From assembly GCA_051362555.1 (NCBI GenBank), contig CM120648.1:8242587-8306586 (forward strand): a stretch of 64,000 nt of DNA. Reading direction: 5' to 3'. Shown here in pieces: positions 1 to 14,517 of the stretch. Position 1 is the stretch's first letter; each line of letters opens with the position of its first letter. The translations under genes were made by a program, and so were the position numbers. The notes beneath the pieces are model-generated. The model was not told the DNA's origin. It was given only the letters and a program-made list of their open reading frames with translations, and did no database searches. Origin of the DNA: Lingula anatina (taxonomy: Eukaryota; Animalia; Brachiopoda).

Positions 1-257
1 GAAACAAATAAAAAAATTTTAACGCATTTCAATGGGGATGTATTGTGCTCTGCTATTGTGGCCATAGTAGGAACAGCTGCTATCACTTTTACTTCTGTTG
101 AATCCAAGTGTTTTGTCCCTAGTGCCCAAATATTAAGATTTCATAGTTTAATAATATCATGCCTCACTCCAAAATAGAAGTCAAACCTTTTTATTATCAA
201 TAATAGGTTTTACAACACGACAACACTAAAAACAAAATGGCAGCCTAATTGTCTCAC

Positions 258-1493
258 CTGCAACTGTGAAATCTGTGTGCCTTGTGCGCTGACCTTGGCA
301 TTGAGTTCCAGCAGGCCGCTCTCTTCACTGGCTGACTTGTTTGCCGTCTGCTGTCTCTCTTTGTCAAGATCCTCTGTCAGGATTCTTACCTTTAGAATAT
401 AACCAAATGTTGGGCTGTTGTTAGTTTTATTCAAAGGGATAACAGTCTTCATGTGAGATTCAAAATTCCACAATAAATACATTGTAAACAATTAACACAA
501 AGAAATATCACGAATTCCATTTTACCACCCAGATACCATCAAACCAGGTGGACCTGCATAGATGGCTACCCTCTTTAATTTTTAGAGATCATTACAAAAA
601 CCACACTATTCTAAACACAGCCTTTGTGACTTCTTAAGTCATTTGGTTGTGAACTCACTACATGTGCAGCCATTTGTCTTGTAATTTTTTTTTTTCAAGA
701 CCTGTATAATAAGCCGTTTTTACCTGATCACTCAACTGTGCCTTTTGGTCTTCTAAAATCTTCACTTTCCCTTTCATGGATAACATATCTCTCTCAAGTT
801 TGCTCTTGTCTTGTTTTGCCTTCCAGAGTTCTTCTTCACTTCCAGACTTAGTTGGTAGGACTGAAATTGTGATCAGTGATATCAAGCTTTTGTTTTTCTC
901 TCATACACCCCACCAGTTTGTTAAAGTCCACAAAATGACGTAATAATGTAGACCTATTACTGCTATACAGGCAAAGAATGATTGTTCAGATGAACTTTGG
1001 TAAAAACAGGGACAGGTTATGTATAGTGCAGAAAGAAAGCTGGAAATCTCTGTTCAAATATTTGGAATAGGGGGCATGAAATGATACCCATTGATATTTC
1101 TTTAAGTTAGGCCATTTGAAGCTATATGGAGGTATTTGGAGGAAAAGATTTGTATGTAAGACATGTAACTTGAAAAGAAAAAGCTGAGACAAAATACTAA
1201 AAAATCTTCCATTTAAGGGAAGCATTATTATTCTTCCATCACTAATTTGGAAGCTTTTATAAATCTTCAGTAAGAGGAATAGACTGACCCGTACCCTCAG
1301 TGCTTTGTTTGGCTTTTTTCTCTGCTTGTGCTCTTAGTAGTTTTTCTTTGCCAAGTTCCCCTTTCAGTTTTAGTGTTTCTTTCTCCAGGTCTTTCACCTG
1401 AAACATGACAACAGTTTTAAAATTAAAATTACTTGCCAGGTTTCTAGGATTTTTTAAAATCAAATTTGTGTTATTGCTTATGCTGGCATTGTT

Positions 1494-1588
<95 letters not shown>

Positions 1589-1749
1589 TGTGTGTGTGTG
1601 TGAACATGGGTGCATGCATGTATGCCTGAAACAAATACAAAATCTCTATAACCAACATAAACATCACATGTTCCTTTTAACCTCTCCCTCATCAACAACT
1701 GGCATCCCTCCTGGACCCTCCCCCACCCTCCAACATCCCACCCCACCAC

Positions 1750-1805
<56 letters not shown>

Positions 1806-1828
1806 CCATCATCATCACCATCATCATC

Positions 1829-1881
<53 letters not shown>

Positions 1882-1894
1882 CAACATCACCATC

Positions 1895-1926
<32 letters not shown>

Positions 1927-1960
1927 CACCACCATCATCATCATCATCATCATCATCACC

Positions 1961-2058
<98 letters not shown>

Positions 2059-2070
2059 CATCATCACCAC

Positions 2071-2107
<37 letters not shown>

Positions 2108-2161
2108 GCCACCATCATCATCATCAACATCATCATTCATCATCATCATCATCATCACCAC

Positions 2162-2192
<31 letters not shown>

Positions 2193-2252
2193 GCCACCAT
2201 CATCATCATCATCATCATCATTCATCATCATCATCATCATCATCACCACCAC

Positions 2253-2289
<37 letters not shown>

Positions 2290-3121
2290 GCCACCATCAT
2301 CATCATCAACATCATCACCACCATCACCATCATCATCATCATCATCTCTTCAACTTGAAAACTTTGATCTCTCACATATACATATATGATTTCTGCACAA
2401 TCATACCCTTTCTCTGGCTTTTGTGATCTGTTCTTCAACCTTCCTTTTGTCAGCCTGCACTTTGCTCAGCTCCTGTTCCTGGACGGATCTCAGTTGCTCT
2501 TTGACTTGTTTCATGCTCTCTTGCTGCTGTCTGAGCTCTTCTTCGTGGTCGCGGCGCTCTTGTTCCAACATTTGTTGAAGCTGGGATTTGAAAAAAGACA
2601 AGAAACTTGAATATTGTTAATGTTTAAAATTTCTGGCATAAATAACATTAAAAGATAAAACAGCATTAACAAATTCCAAAGACCAAAATCATTATGTAAA
2701 ATTCATAATATCAGTTTGATCTGCATATTTATTTTTTCTTTTTTTTTAAATCTATCTTTGGTCATGCAGACAAACAGTATTTATAATCTGCACGTCGTGA
2801 CTAAAAACTAACTTCCTAGTATTGATGATTATGTGACTTCATATGGCACAAATGGGAGTCTTCATATTCTAGCTGTGCCAGTCATGGCAGAGGAAGCCTC
2901 ACCTTGGACTGACTGACATTGAGGCCATTATCCGGACCAATGCCACCACTGCTATTGTGTTTACTCTGCTCAGCCTCAAGTTCATCCAGTAACCTTGCCC
3001 TCTCCACCAATAAGAAGGCAATCTGTTCACTGACGGAACCCTGGGCAATATCGTCCAATCCCTGCTGGATCAACATCTCTCTCACTTCCTCATTTTGATG
3101 GGCTGTAAATATAGAGGCTGA

Positions 3122-3170
<49 letters not shown>

Positions 3171-4869
3171 ACTATTTACACTATTTATAGACTTTTTTTT
3201 ACAAAATATGAATAAAAGTCAGCTAAGTTAAATTTTTCTCACCTTTTAAAACACACATATTAACAGTTTATTTTTTTCATTTTTCTATTTTTTTTTTTTT
3301 TTGTTGTTGTTTTGTTTTCAATGATTATGAAGAGATGACCTAACATAAAAAAGTTAAAAATACATTGTAGATGAGTAAAAACATCTTTGACTGGCCCTTT
3401 ACTAACTTTCTAGCTCCTGTTTTAGATGCTCAATCTCGGCTTTCAGTTGCTCATTCTCATTTTCGAGCCCTGTTGTCAGAGACATTCTCTCCTCAGAGAG
3501 GCTCCGTATGTGCTCCACATAGTTCTCTACCTCCTTCATCTCATCTTCCTGCTGCTTACGGAGCTGTTCCACATTTTCCTGGGCAGTTTTTAGCTTGGCC
3601 TAAAAATGGAAGTAATCACTTGTTACAGGGCTGTCATTGTAACAGGAACACTTTTATCCATTTGTTTGGTTTTTTGAAATTTTACATGGTTGAAGTGATT
3701 TTTTTAAGGCAATTGGGGGGGGAGGGGGTATATATCCTGAATAGAGGCTATTCACCCAGCTAGCCTCATTCCCTGATGAACATGTTCTGTTAGACATCGA
3801 AATATTGGAGGTAAATTATTTCAATATAAAGCTGTTGATTGAAGAAAATAATTGTTAATTGTTTTACACTATAAGGCTGTATTTTCCTAATAGATCATTA
3901 TCATAAGCGTCATAACAGGATTTTTCCATAAATGCTAAAACAAAACGAAATTTTTAAAATTTTCAAAAACAACATTTATTTGTGACACCACCAAATCATA
4001 CCAGATAAAATTATTTGAAGTGGCTTGGGAATGATTTTGAAAGATGATAATGAGAAAACTGAAGCAAGAATTTTTCTTTTATAATAATATTTAGTACTTA
4101 CAAAATGTAACAGCATTAGAGTCAGTACAAAAGCCCTTTAAAATTGAGCTGCTGCAGTAAAAAGGAAGCACAGACAGTACACTGAAGAAAAGTGAAGCAA
4201 AAAAAATTCTGATAACACAAAACATGCCAGACAAACCTCTGATTCCAGATACAGCTTCCAAAGATGAGTGACCTTCTCTGTGTCCGTACACTGTGGGTCA
4301 AAACCATTGCTGACCAGTTTCTGCTGGACATCCAACAAGTCCTGGCCACTCTGAAGAGAAGGTTATGATTTTTTTTATTCATTCACAGGCCTATGGGCAA
4401 AAATGGCATTTTAATCTGGGTAAAAATGGCCTCTTTAAATCAATATGTAAGTTTTACATGTATGCCATTTAATATTAAACTGTACTTTTCAAAGGACATA
4501 AGGTCCACTTTTTAGAAAAAGGAAACCCTCTTTCCAAATTGCTGGGTGCAGCCTTGATTTATTGTATAAGAGTGGACAACTCCAGTCTACTGTAGTACAT
4601 GTAGATTGATTTTAATTTATTCATTCATTAAAAATAATTTTGCAATCAGTAAAAGAAAAACAGGTGGTTGCAAAATATAAAATATAACATAGAAATACTA
4701 CACACTGTTGCACTACTTCGTTTTACGTAACAGATGTAGCTTCTGCTTGAAAAATATTTATATATAGACTAGTCCTGTAGATCCACTCTTGAAATGTGTA
4801 GTGTGTCAAGTGTCAAACGCCGAACCTTGTCCGTACGGAACTTACCATGCCACCCTGTTTATCCACCAT
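258..4869 (-). CDS. CCDC30: Coiled-coil domain-containing protein 30-like, multi-exon, 3' part probably continues beyond window start
   Basis: Exons approx. 4846-4869 (MVDKQGGM|gtaag), 4237-4350, 3407-3599 (KLKTAQENVEQLRKQQEDEMKEVENYVEHIRSLSEER), 2903-3103 (EMLIQQGLDDIAQGSVSEQIAFLLVERARLLDELE), 2407-2580, 1295-1397, ~725-860, 258-389, with GT-AG ends. The EVENYVEHIRSL and SEQIAFLLVER motifs are recalled from CCDC30 homologs. Confidence 0.7.
1496..1601. repeat. Compound (CT)n(GT)n microsatellite in a CCDC30 intron
   Basis: Directly visible dinucleotide runs. Confidence 0.97.
1742..2345. repeat. ~600 bp (CAT)n/(CAC)n trinucleotide array, intronic
   Basis: Visible trinucleotide repeat; source of the poly-M/D/S/H ORFs in the track. 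Confidence 0.97.
3123..3168. repeat. (TAA)n microsatellite
   Basis: Visible run next to a CCDC30 acceptor site. Confidence 0.95.
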
Positions 4870-5270
4870 TTTGATGCCTTCAGCTGCAAATCATCAACAA
4901 TTTGCAACTATTTTGAGAATATGCAGCATCAATGAAGGCTGCACGAGCAATGTGATTAAAAATCGCCGATATTTTTATCTGCATCCCACTTGACCTCATT
5001 CTCGGCGGCCATTTTCAAACTATCCTTGTTTACAACTGAACGACCAAGCTATCACTCCGCTTGAAGTATTCATAACTCTCAAATCTTCACACAAGTGAGT
5101 TTGTACAGAAAATATGGCATAAAACGATGATAAAATATAGTTATACTTAACTTTATCAGGTAGAACTGGTCAAAATATTGCGTTAATTTTTGATCTATTT
5201 ATTTATGCTTCACAACTTCCGGTCACCTGCTTGGTGAGATGATGTACTTCCTAAATGGATGAATGAAAGG
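4870..5270. promoter_or_regulatory. Probable bidirectional promoter for CCDC30 and RNF207
   Basis: Divergent genes. YY1-like AAAATGGCCGCC on the - strand (~5005-5015), ETS-like ACTTCCGGT (~5215-5223), candidate RNF207 non-coding first-exon donor AAG|gtattt at ~5270. Confidence 0.5.
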
Positions 5271-6432
5271 TATTTGTTTTGTAGTTTCACGAGTTTAAGG
5301 AGTTGCCTTTTGTGGAATTTAAATGCTTTTGTTGGTTTGATTCCCATGTTGAAATCATTATTCACTAAAGTCTTATATACAAAATGTGTAGTTTAAAATT
5401 GAACGTTCTGATGAAGTTTTGTACCAAACGCCAACGATGAAAGCAAAGTTGCCAAAGACACTTTGAAGTTTGATGATATCATAGTGATATGGTCACAGTA
5501 GTACTATTAGTAATGTCAGCCAAAACAATCTCTTTGACATTAGGTTAACAGTTAAATGCTGGTGCAATGACAGATTTTAATTGGTAAATGGTTGAATAAG
5601 TTGCCTTAAAATAGAATATGATCAGTAATTGATACGACAGCTTCTGTGTGAGTTTTCTTTTTCTTTTTTTCTGAAATTATTTACTAGTATTGACATGAAT
5701 TAATAATCGCAGCTCAAAATACCAGGTATATTATAGTACTCCAACTAATGGTGAAACCATTGATTTAGGATAATTATTTAGAACAACACAGTATAATCAA
5801 ATATGGTTTATTTTCTTTCAGAATTGTAAGGAGGACAAGCAGAGTTAGGGGTATGTCTCCCCAGGATGTCATCATTGTGAAAAATATTTTTAGAAAGAAG
5901 TTAGTATTTTTGCAGTGACATAAAGCATCTATCCAGATGAAGAACAGAAAAGTAGAATTTCATATCCCTTGAAATTGTCACATGCGAACCTAAAGGAGAG
6001 AATCACAAACCTTTGTATATGTACTGTAGCTATTTTCTGTATAAGTATAAGAGTGGCATTGAAGCCTCAAGACTGATGTGTAAAGAAAATATGCAAGATG
6101 TATGTATTTTTTCAGTATTGGCCATCAGTATTTTAAAAAGTCAGTATATTTAAACTATGCAGCAACCACTATCAATGAACATCACTTTTGAAAGTTAATG
6201 TTATTTGCATAGAACAGAATCATAAGAAAGGATTTACAAAATTTGCATCGAAAAACTTAATGGTAGAGAGACATTTTTAAAAAGATGATAAAAATTGCCT
6301 GTGGATGATATGCCAGAATGTGACAGGTGACATAAAGGTACCCCTTTATTCAAGTTCCTTAAAGGATTTGAATGAAATTTTAATCCTTGGATAGTCCTTA
6401 TGAAGTTGTTAGAATTTCTAGAAGAACGAATA

Positions 6433-9400
6433 ATGTCTGGAGGAATCTTCTATCCTGGTGAAAATCTCGACTCTATGGATGAGTCGAAAAGAAACCCCTT
6501 GCTGTGTTACCTATGCAATGAGCACTATGAGGACCCTTGCCTGCTGAAATGTTTCCACTCTTTCTGTGCAAAATGTCTACGTGGTCGAGGAGCGGAGGGG
6601 AAAATGAAATGTCCATTGTGTGGGTAAGGCGCTAACTTATAATTACTTGTATACTATGATCTATGCCCTGGTCTTCTCAGTGGGGAAACATTTTTGAAAT
6701 AATAAAAAATAATACTATGTGTATGGCAATTTTGGGTCTTCTGTTCTACAGAATAGGACTACATATCTTATCCAGCTTTTGAATTTTGCTGCTATCACTC
6801 AGTAGAAATGTTCCTATTTTAAGATTTTCAATGTTCCATTGTTGAGATAATTGTGTAGAATAGTATGACTTATCGGTATCTTTCATTCTCCTAGGTAAAA
6901 CATTTTTCTTTACAATGTTGTTTCTGTAACAGTGCCAGTTTTTAAAAATAACCAGTGAGGAAACATTTTTCTTTGCAGTATTGATACCATACTAAAAGAT
7001 GACCAATCACTGCCAGCCTCAGATTCACTGCTGAAATTCCTGGTCGAGTCTTCCTCTGAGGACAGAGCTCAGTGTGCAAACTGTGATGCTGTAAGTTTAC
7101 CGATATTCCTTTAACCAAACACCATCTGGTCATGTAGCTTGAATAATATATCATCTTAAAATAAAGTTGTTCACTGTCTTATAGTATAATTAGCCTCATC
7201 TTCTCATCTTCACAAAAAGAGAACGAACATGAAGGAAAAGCCAGTCTGAAGGTGTATATTTTAACAGTAATTTCTGCAATAATTCTGTGTATAAAACACT
7301 ATATTAAGACACAAACTGTACACAAAAGTCAAAATGATATGACAAGAATAAGATACTCAAATGTGTAAATAAAACTGTTTCCTTATTCTTCAAAGTCTGT
7401 CATGCACTTTGTCTAGGTAGGGATAGAAAGGTGGTGAGATTTCATTTGCTGCCTGTAATAATCTCTGTTTAATTCTACAACCTGAAGAGAAAGGCTGTTC
7501 CAAGGAGGGTCGACCTTTCTTCAGTGTAAACACGCCTTTAGAATTCTGTGTCTCTATTCCCAGTGTTCCACCCAAATGTTTTACTGCAACACCTGCTGTC
7601 AGCCTCTGTGCGAGGAGTGCCGGGAGGAGACCCACAGGGCGCGCATGTTCTCCTGTCACGAGATTGTCCCCATGACAAAACGGACTAAAGACATCCACAA
7701 AAGATGTGGTAAGGTCATGACACTGAGCTTCAGTGAGCTTACAAGAACTCAAGTTTGCCGTCTTAAGTCCTAACTTCTGCAGCAAAAAAAAAAAAAAAAA
7801 AAGAAAAAAAAGAAAAAAGAAAAAAATGAAAAGTGAATTAAGTTAGTAAACACCATTTTATCCGGCATACTATAGAGAAATATTATTTGTTAGTTTTGTT
7901 TGACTTTATTTTTGTGTAGCATTTGTGTTCCTTCTACTGTATAGAACAGAACTACAAGGTACCCTGAGTTCAGTTTTGTGGCTACCACTCAATAGGAATG
8001 TTCCAATTTCAAGAATTTATGACTGAAAAATAATACAATGTATGTAAATTTCACAATTTTCTCCCATTGAAGATATTGAGTAATTACTGTACTTACTGCC
8101 ATTATCTGACTCGTCCACATCTCCTGTGAAGTGGATCAAGAGCTGTTTTTATTCTCTGTCTCTCAGTCAAATGAATATATCCTTCTTTTCTTTCACAGCC
8201 TTACACAGTGAACCCTACATCATGTTCTCAACAGACACAAAAGCAATGCTGTGCATCAACTGTTTCAGGGACATGACCACGTGAGTTGTATTTTTTAAAA
8301 AACCCATTTAGAATATGTTTATGTATATGTTACATAACACATCAAGGTACAAAATTGAATAGATCACTTTGATGTAATTATATTGCATGTTCAAGCACAC
8401 ATGCACATACTAAATCAAGATAATACAAATTTTGTAATAAAAAATTAATACAAGTATCAAAAAAATTGATGCTGTTAATGATGCAAGAGATGTAAGATGT
8501 ATCATTTAATAAACAGCACCAGAATCGGTTTTAGTTTTAATTGATGTATTAGGGTCCAAGAAGGTTCAGGTGGACATAAAAGTTAATATTTCTTGACATT
8601 TCAGCATTTTGTTTTTCAAAGTTAATCAGGAAGATGAATATATTCATTGTAAAGGTGTAAAGAAAACCTGGAAAAAGATGTTTGACAGGGTTGACATGTT
8701 TCAGACTATTGGTGGATTTTCATCTTTTTTGGGAGCAAAAAATATCACTGGCCTAGGAAGACCATTGGATCCCGGGCCGTATTTTCTGACTTTTTCACTA
8801 AATGGCAGTCTCATCCCTGATTTAAGAGTTCTTTTGGAGTGTCAGATTGCTAAAATAATATTGATATATTTCAATTTTTTTCAGAGAGAGCAGGTCATAT
8901 TGTATAGACATTGAAACTGCTCACAATCAGGGATGTAAGAAACTGGATGAGTCTGTCCAGGTATATTAAGTGTTTTTTTTCTTTGTTCATCTTATAATCT
9001 CTTTGTTTGTTTGTTTGTTTTAATATTATGCCATTAGATTTGAAAGTTGAATTTGTATTTATTTGTTGCAGTAGATCTTGGTGTTATGTTTGACATAAGA
9101 TTATCAAGGAATGCAAGTCTTTTCCTGTTTTTCTTAATTTTTTTTTACAAGGGACACTTGGACAAGCAAAGCAAAAAGATGAAAAAAAGAAACTTCTGTA
9201 GTGATACTACACATTATTTTAGGTATTGTTTATAACAATTGCATGGACACTATATGGAGAACATTGCAAATAGTAGTCTATGACATCTTACCAATCTTTT
9301 TAGACAATACGTGAATTGCAAAGCTCAGTTCAAGATGGCATAATACTTATGAGAGCCCTGATAGAAGAGATCAAGGCAAATCTTGAAAGAGAAAAAGATT

Positions 9401-10623
9401 CCATCAAAGACCTTTATTCAGCCATGCAGGAGAAAATTGGAGAAACAAAAGAGATTTTACTGGAGGAGGCAGATAGGTGAGAAAAAGGTGTTTTCAGAAT
9501 TTTCAGAATTTTTTGTGTAGGTGGCATGCATCATGGTTTTGTGGTTGAGTAAAAAAAACTGATGTGAAAATCAGAATCTATACAGATCCATTTGGCATCC
9601 AGTTTAGTTATTTGTGTCCATAGGCTGTAAACTTATCACCCATTGCTTCTGTTGACTAGGGGTGCCTTCACAATGAATCTGTGGCACTTGCTTCGGGGCA
9701 CCTTTTATTGAGTAGAGTACGGAAAGCCTGGTGATTATATCAATATGTCGAAACAAGTGTTATTCTATCAATCTGTTTGCATTTCAGATCTCCCAATGTC
9801 TTTGTACATGAAAGTGGTAGATATAATTTTTGTAACTCATTATTAACCGGTATAAACAAGAATTGATTTCTGTTGTGAATGTTATTTCAGACAATACCAG
9901 AACAAACAAAAAGTTTTCCGGGAACAATTGACGGCTTTGAACACTCTCCTTCCCACCCTCCATGTTAATCTGGTCACCTGTGCCGCCTTCACCAGTTCAG
10001 CCAACAAATACGAGTTCCTGGATCTTGCATATGTAAGTGTTCTGTATCAGTCCCTTACCCCCGGGGAGGTTTGGGCAGGTGATGGAGGTGGGGGCAACCT
10101 AGAAAATGATTAAAATTTTCTTCATAGTGAATAGCCATCAAGTACAAGTTCCTGGATCCAGTGTATGTTTGTATCTTTAGTACTATGTACATGAGTCACA
10201 CAATACAGATGATCAAAAGTACTCTGCTAAATGTGAAAAAGGCCTTATACTCGTAAGGCGTCTTCATGATTTTTAAGCAAGTTTTTCATTTGTCTAGAAA
10301 CTTATGTCCAGGCTACGAGCCATTGCCAGACTGCAGCATCCCATAAGTCCACTCCAGAGTAGTATGATTTACACTGATTTTAAGGCAGAATTTGCCAGGT
10401 GAGAAATAAGTTAATTGTTACAGAAAAAAAATATAATTTCATTTTTTTTTCATGCAGGTATTTAGAAAGGTTGAAATTTTTATCAAGGTCAATTTCTGAT
10501 CAGAAATAATGCCAGTCTCTGTTTACAGATCAGAAAAATACGTATGAAAAAAATTTGAAAAGGACAATATGGGTTCATGACGTACCCATTCAACTGTAAA
10601 AATCAGTTGCCTTGATATTAAAA

Positions 10624-10667
<44 letters not shown>

Positions 10668-12545
10668 CTTTTTGCAGGTGTCTTGAAGGTCTGTTGAGTT
10701 TCAAGCCTCTCCGCGACTCTCCCAGTGTCAGCATGGTCTCCTCCACTGGAACAAATGGCGGCTCTGTCAGGTAGGGTATGATGTGTCTGGTGTCTAATTG
10801 TTTTACTCTTCTTAAATTATATATACATATATATTAGGTGCGGCGTTAGGCCTTGAGTTCCCTCCCTGTGAAACCGTGTTCTTCTTAATTGCTTTGATAT
10901 CATGAACTTCTCTGACATCACACCATAGGAACAATGTGACATCACAACATAAGAATTGATGTGACATCACCATACAGGAGCAGTGTGACATCACACCAGA
11001 GGATTGATGTGATATCACCATACAGGAGCAGTGTGACATCACAGCAGGAAATTAATGTGACATCACCATACAGAAGCGTTTTGTTTCAGAATTCATTGGA
11101 ACTGTGTTCAGATAATGGGTTGGTTTATATATTTCTGTATACCTTTCATAGACAAGGTCTGATGGCGAAATGTTTTCCTTTTTAGATTTGAAATCCCAGT
11201 GACGTCAGTGGGTGCAAAGACACCAACCACCTCAACTATGCCATTATTCAACTCAGGGGTACGACGCAATCTCATGAACAGCAACAAACAGAAGTTAATG
11301 GAAAAAGAAGGGATATTTGCTGAGCATTGCAAGGAATTCAATGTTAAATACCAGGTATGATAATAAGATAATGATGATAATTACAATGATAATTTGAAAA
11401 AATCATTTTTAGTTAGAGGACAATGGTAATGAGCTAGAGGATGAATTACAAAATTGACTTTTGAGTTGTTTTTTTTTTTCCCAAATAATACTCCATTAAC
11501 TTGCACAACTTAATTGTTAATCAGCTGATACTGACACAAATTTTACAAATAAGTCCATGGGTAGAAAAGTTGCTATATTTTATATGCTGTCATTGTTTCA
11601 TAATTTTTCCTTTGAACTCTTCTTTCATGTAGGAAATCAACCAGAAGTTTGAGAAGTTGAAAACTCAGGTTCAGGAGACACACAGAGATATGACCTTGAG
11701 ACGGTGCCTTATCAAGGTCAGTGACCTTTCTTATGACCTTGACATTTTAACATTACCTTGACCATTGATAATGAATTCATAAAGTTTCACTTTACAGCCA
11801 TTGAATAAATTACAAATTATGAAAATGAAAAAGTTTATTGTAACACATTTGATAAAACATATTTGACACATTACAGTTGCACCAAGATGAATGGTTTTAC
11901 AAGTGTGGAATAGATAAATTTTCCAAATATGAATGTTAAAATCATTCTATATTTTTAGAAGTGCTCATTAAATGAAATACTAGAAGAATGCAGTCAGGTC
12001 GAAGCCAAAGTTGCAGAGCAGTTTGACTTGACGGAGCAAAAAAGACCAACTTTGGAAAAACACTGGGAAGATACTTTTCAGAGAGTGCAATATGAGCAAG
12101 AGATATATCAAGGTATTGGAGAGTCAGAGTTAAATTGCTGCTATTCTGTGGTATTTTTTGATTAAAATTCTTAGTCACTCTGTCTTGTCATTCAGCTACA
12201 TGTCCTTGGACTCAAAGGTATTTCTTGTCACCCATAACAACTTAAACAAGTGTATTCAGACTATATTATATTATGTTGAATGGTTTTATAAGATATCTGT
12301 TTAAGTACACAAGTATTGTTCAATTTGTTAATATATATAGTATATTTTAGTTAAGAAAGATATTGTTAGTCTTAAATTCTATATCACTCCCAAATATATT
12401 CTATGTTATAATGAATTTATATTTAGCTTGATTTATTCCTGTGCACAGTTGACAATTGGGCAATAAGAAGAATAATAAATTAAGCATTCTGATATTTGAC
12501 TCTAATCTTTGGAAATGCTTGTTAATAATTTATAATAATTTATGC

Positions 12546-12576
<31 letters not shown>

Positions 12577-14517
12577 TTTTAGCACAAATGTCTGATCTCA
12601 TAAGACTAAAACAGGAAAACCAGCATCTGGTAGCAATCTCAAAACGACTGGAGCCTTTTTTGAAGTCAATAACAGATGTAACCGAGAGGATCTCTCCAAA
12701 GTAACATGCTTTTAATTTATTTTATCTTATTCTTTGTATCTCATTCATGTGAAGTTTATTTTATTAAGGTCCCTGTTAAAGAGTATATAAAATCTAACAT
12801 GCGAAAAAAAAAATTTTAAAAAGAGAAGAGAAAAAGATATGTGAAGGTGTTCTTGAGAATTGATATAATAGTGTTGAATAAAAGAATGAAGGTGCTAATT
12901 AACTGTAGGAAAAATATTTTAGGCTAGTGGCCCCCCAAAAATTAATGTCAGACACAGTTAAGAAATGAGTTTGAGTTTTATCTATACTTCAGTTGTCTTC
13001 ATTCACCTAACTTTTTTGTTCTAGTCAAAGTTATGCTTGTTATTATACTTTTGTGTTTTTTATTTACCTAGGAGAGGCGATGGATGTAAGAACAGTCAAA
13101 AGGCAGATCAAATGCATGCCCTGATGGAGGAGATTCACACTATCACTCCAGACTCTCAGCAGAGGTAATCTAATACGCATTTGCTCGTATTCACAAATTT
13201 TTGCACATGCACACACATGCAAATACAAACACATGCACACAGGTCATAAGGCAAAGCAGATGCATATGTGCCTTGAAAGAGGAGATTCACACTATCACTC
13301 CAGACTCTCAGCAGAGGTAATCTAAGATACATTTCCTCGTATTCACAAACATTTGCACATGCACACACACGTGCACACAGGTCATAAGACAGGTCTGATG
13401 CATATTTGTCTTGTATGAGATACTGTCCAGACTTTCAGCAGAGGCAATGTAACATATGAGCACAAAGGCATGCGCTTATACAGGAATGTACATGTTTATG
13501 TATGCCCACAGGTTAACAGTCTGATGAGAGCAGTCTTGATCACAGCAGAAGTAACGTAACATTTTCAACCACATCATCAATATTCCTTTAAGGAACTCAG
13601 ATTCAAGCGATTAAACCCCTTTGTAATTGTCAGTACCCGCTTACGGTTTCTGTGTATTTCTTTTTATCAATGTATTACACATTTTTTAAATTTTCTTTTT
13701 CATCCTTCATATAAAGAAATAAGTATGGATTATATTTTCTCACAATGCTAGGGTTGATGCTATCAGAATTACTCAGGAGGAACGCCAGTCTCAGATAGCT
13801 AACAGAACAAACCCTATGGATGATGCTCTCATTAAAACTAAAGGGCTCTTAAAGGCTCCCTCGAAGAGGAAAGAGATTGGGAAGAAGAAAGACAGGATTG
13901 TGGCACCAAAAACTGAAACAGGAAGTGAAGAAGAAATGGAGACTGTTACAGTAGAGAGCACTATGGTTAAATCAGTAATTGAGAATTCAGCATTTAGTCA
14001 AGCGGAATGGGAAAGTCCCGTGGATATTCAGGTTGAGGAAGCAAGTGAAATGAGTGAAAGTGAGGCTCAAGGTAAATCAAAGGTCAAGGTTGCTCAAGGT
14101 CAAGGTCAAAATGTCAAGGTCAATAATGGATTGAGTGTGAGTGCGGCTGACTTTCACATAACGAACGGTAAAGATAGGACATCTTCTCCTTCTTCATCTT
14201 CTGATATTTATGAAAGTCCGTGGGGTAGCCCAGGATCTGGTGAGTCTTGGATTGCAGAGGGCAGCACAGTCAATCTCAAAGCAATAATCACAAAAATTAC
14301 GGTCGACGGGGAAAGTTTTCCTTGCACCGATGAAAAGCTCCACACTGAAGCGGAAATCTCTGAACTGTTGAGTGGAGGTAGCATTGTGAGCACTTCACCT
14401 TTTAAAGAAATGGACTTGAAGCAGAAAATTGAAAGCATGAAATCTGGAGAAAGCATTTGTTGCTCGGAAAGTGCCAAAAAAAGTAAGAGGTCATTAGAGG
14501 AAGAGATGAAGAAATAG
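6433..14517 (+). CDS. RNF207: RING finger protein 207 (RING, B-box, coiled coil), about 15 coding exons
   Basis: N-terminus MSGGIFYPGE..NPLLCYLCNEHYEDPCLLKCFHSFCAKCLRGR..CPLCG matches the RNF207 RING. B-box exon 7564-7708 (FYCNTCCQPLCEECREETHRARMFSCHEIV). LHVNLVTCAAFTSSANKYEFLDLAY at 9891-10012. Other exons ~6980-7091, 8199-8281, 8885-8960, 9304-9476, 10298-10398, 10678-10771, 11186-11354, 11633-11716, 11958-12112, 12583-12700, 13072-13164; last exon 13753-14517. Confidence 0.9.
7941..8092 (+). mobile_element. Short interspersed repeat family; other copies ~6745-6870, ~26385-26520 and inverted ~42490-42680
   Basis: Shared core 'ctaccactcaataggaatgttc(c/t)aattt(c/t)aagaattt' in four intronic copies. 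Confidence 0.65.
10905..11075. repeat. ~19-21 bp minisatellite (tgtgacatcac..aggagca)
   Basis: About 8 degenerate units in an RNF207 intron. Confidence 0.85.

Noticed and set aside
1257-2438. Poly-Met, poly-Asp, poly-Ser/His and THTH/RERE ORFs
   Set aside because: Translations of intronic microsatellites; only the embedded CCDC30 exon (~1295-1397) is coding.
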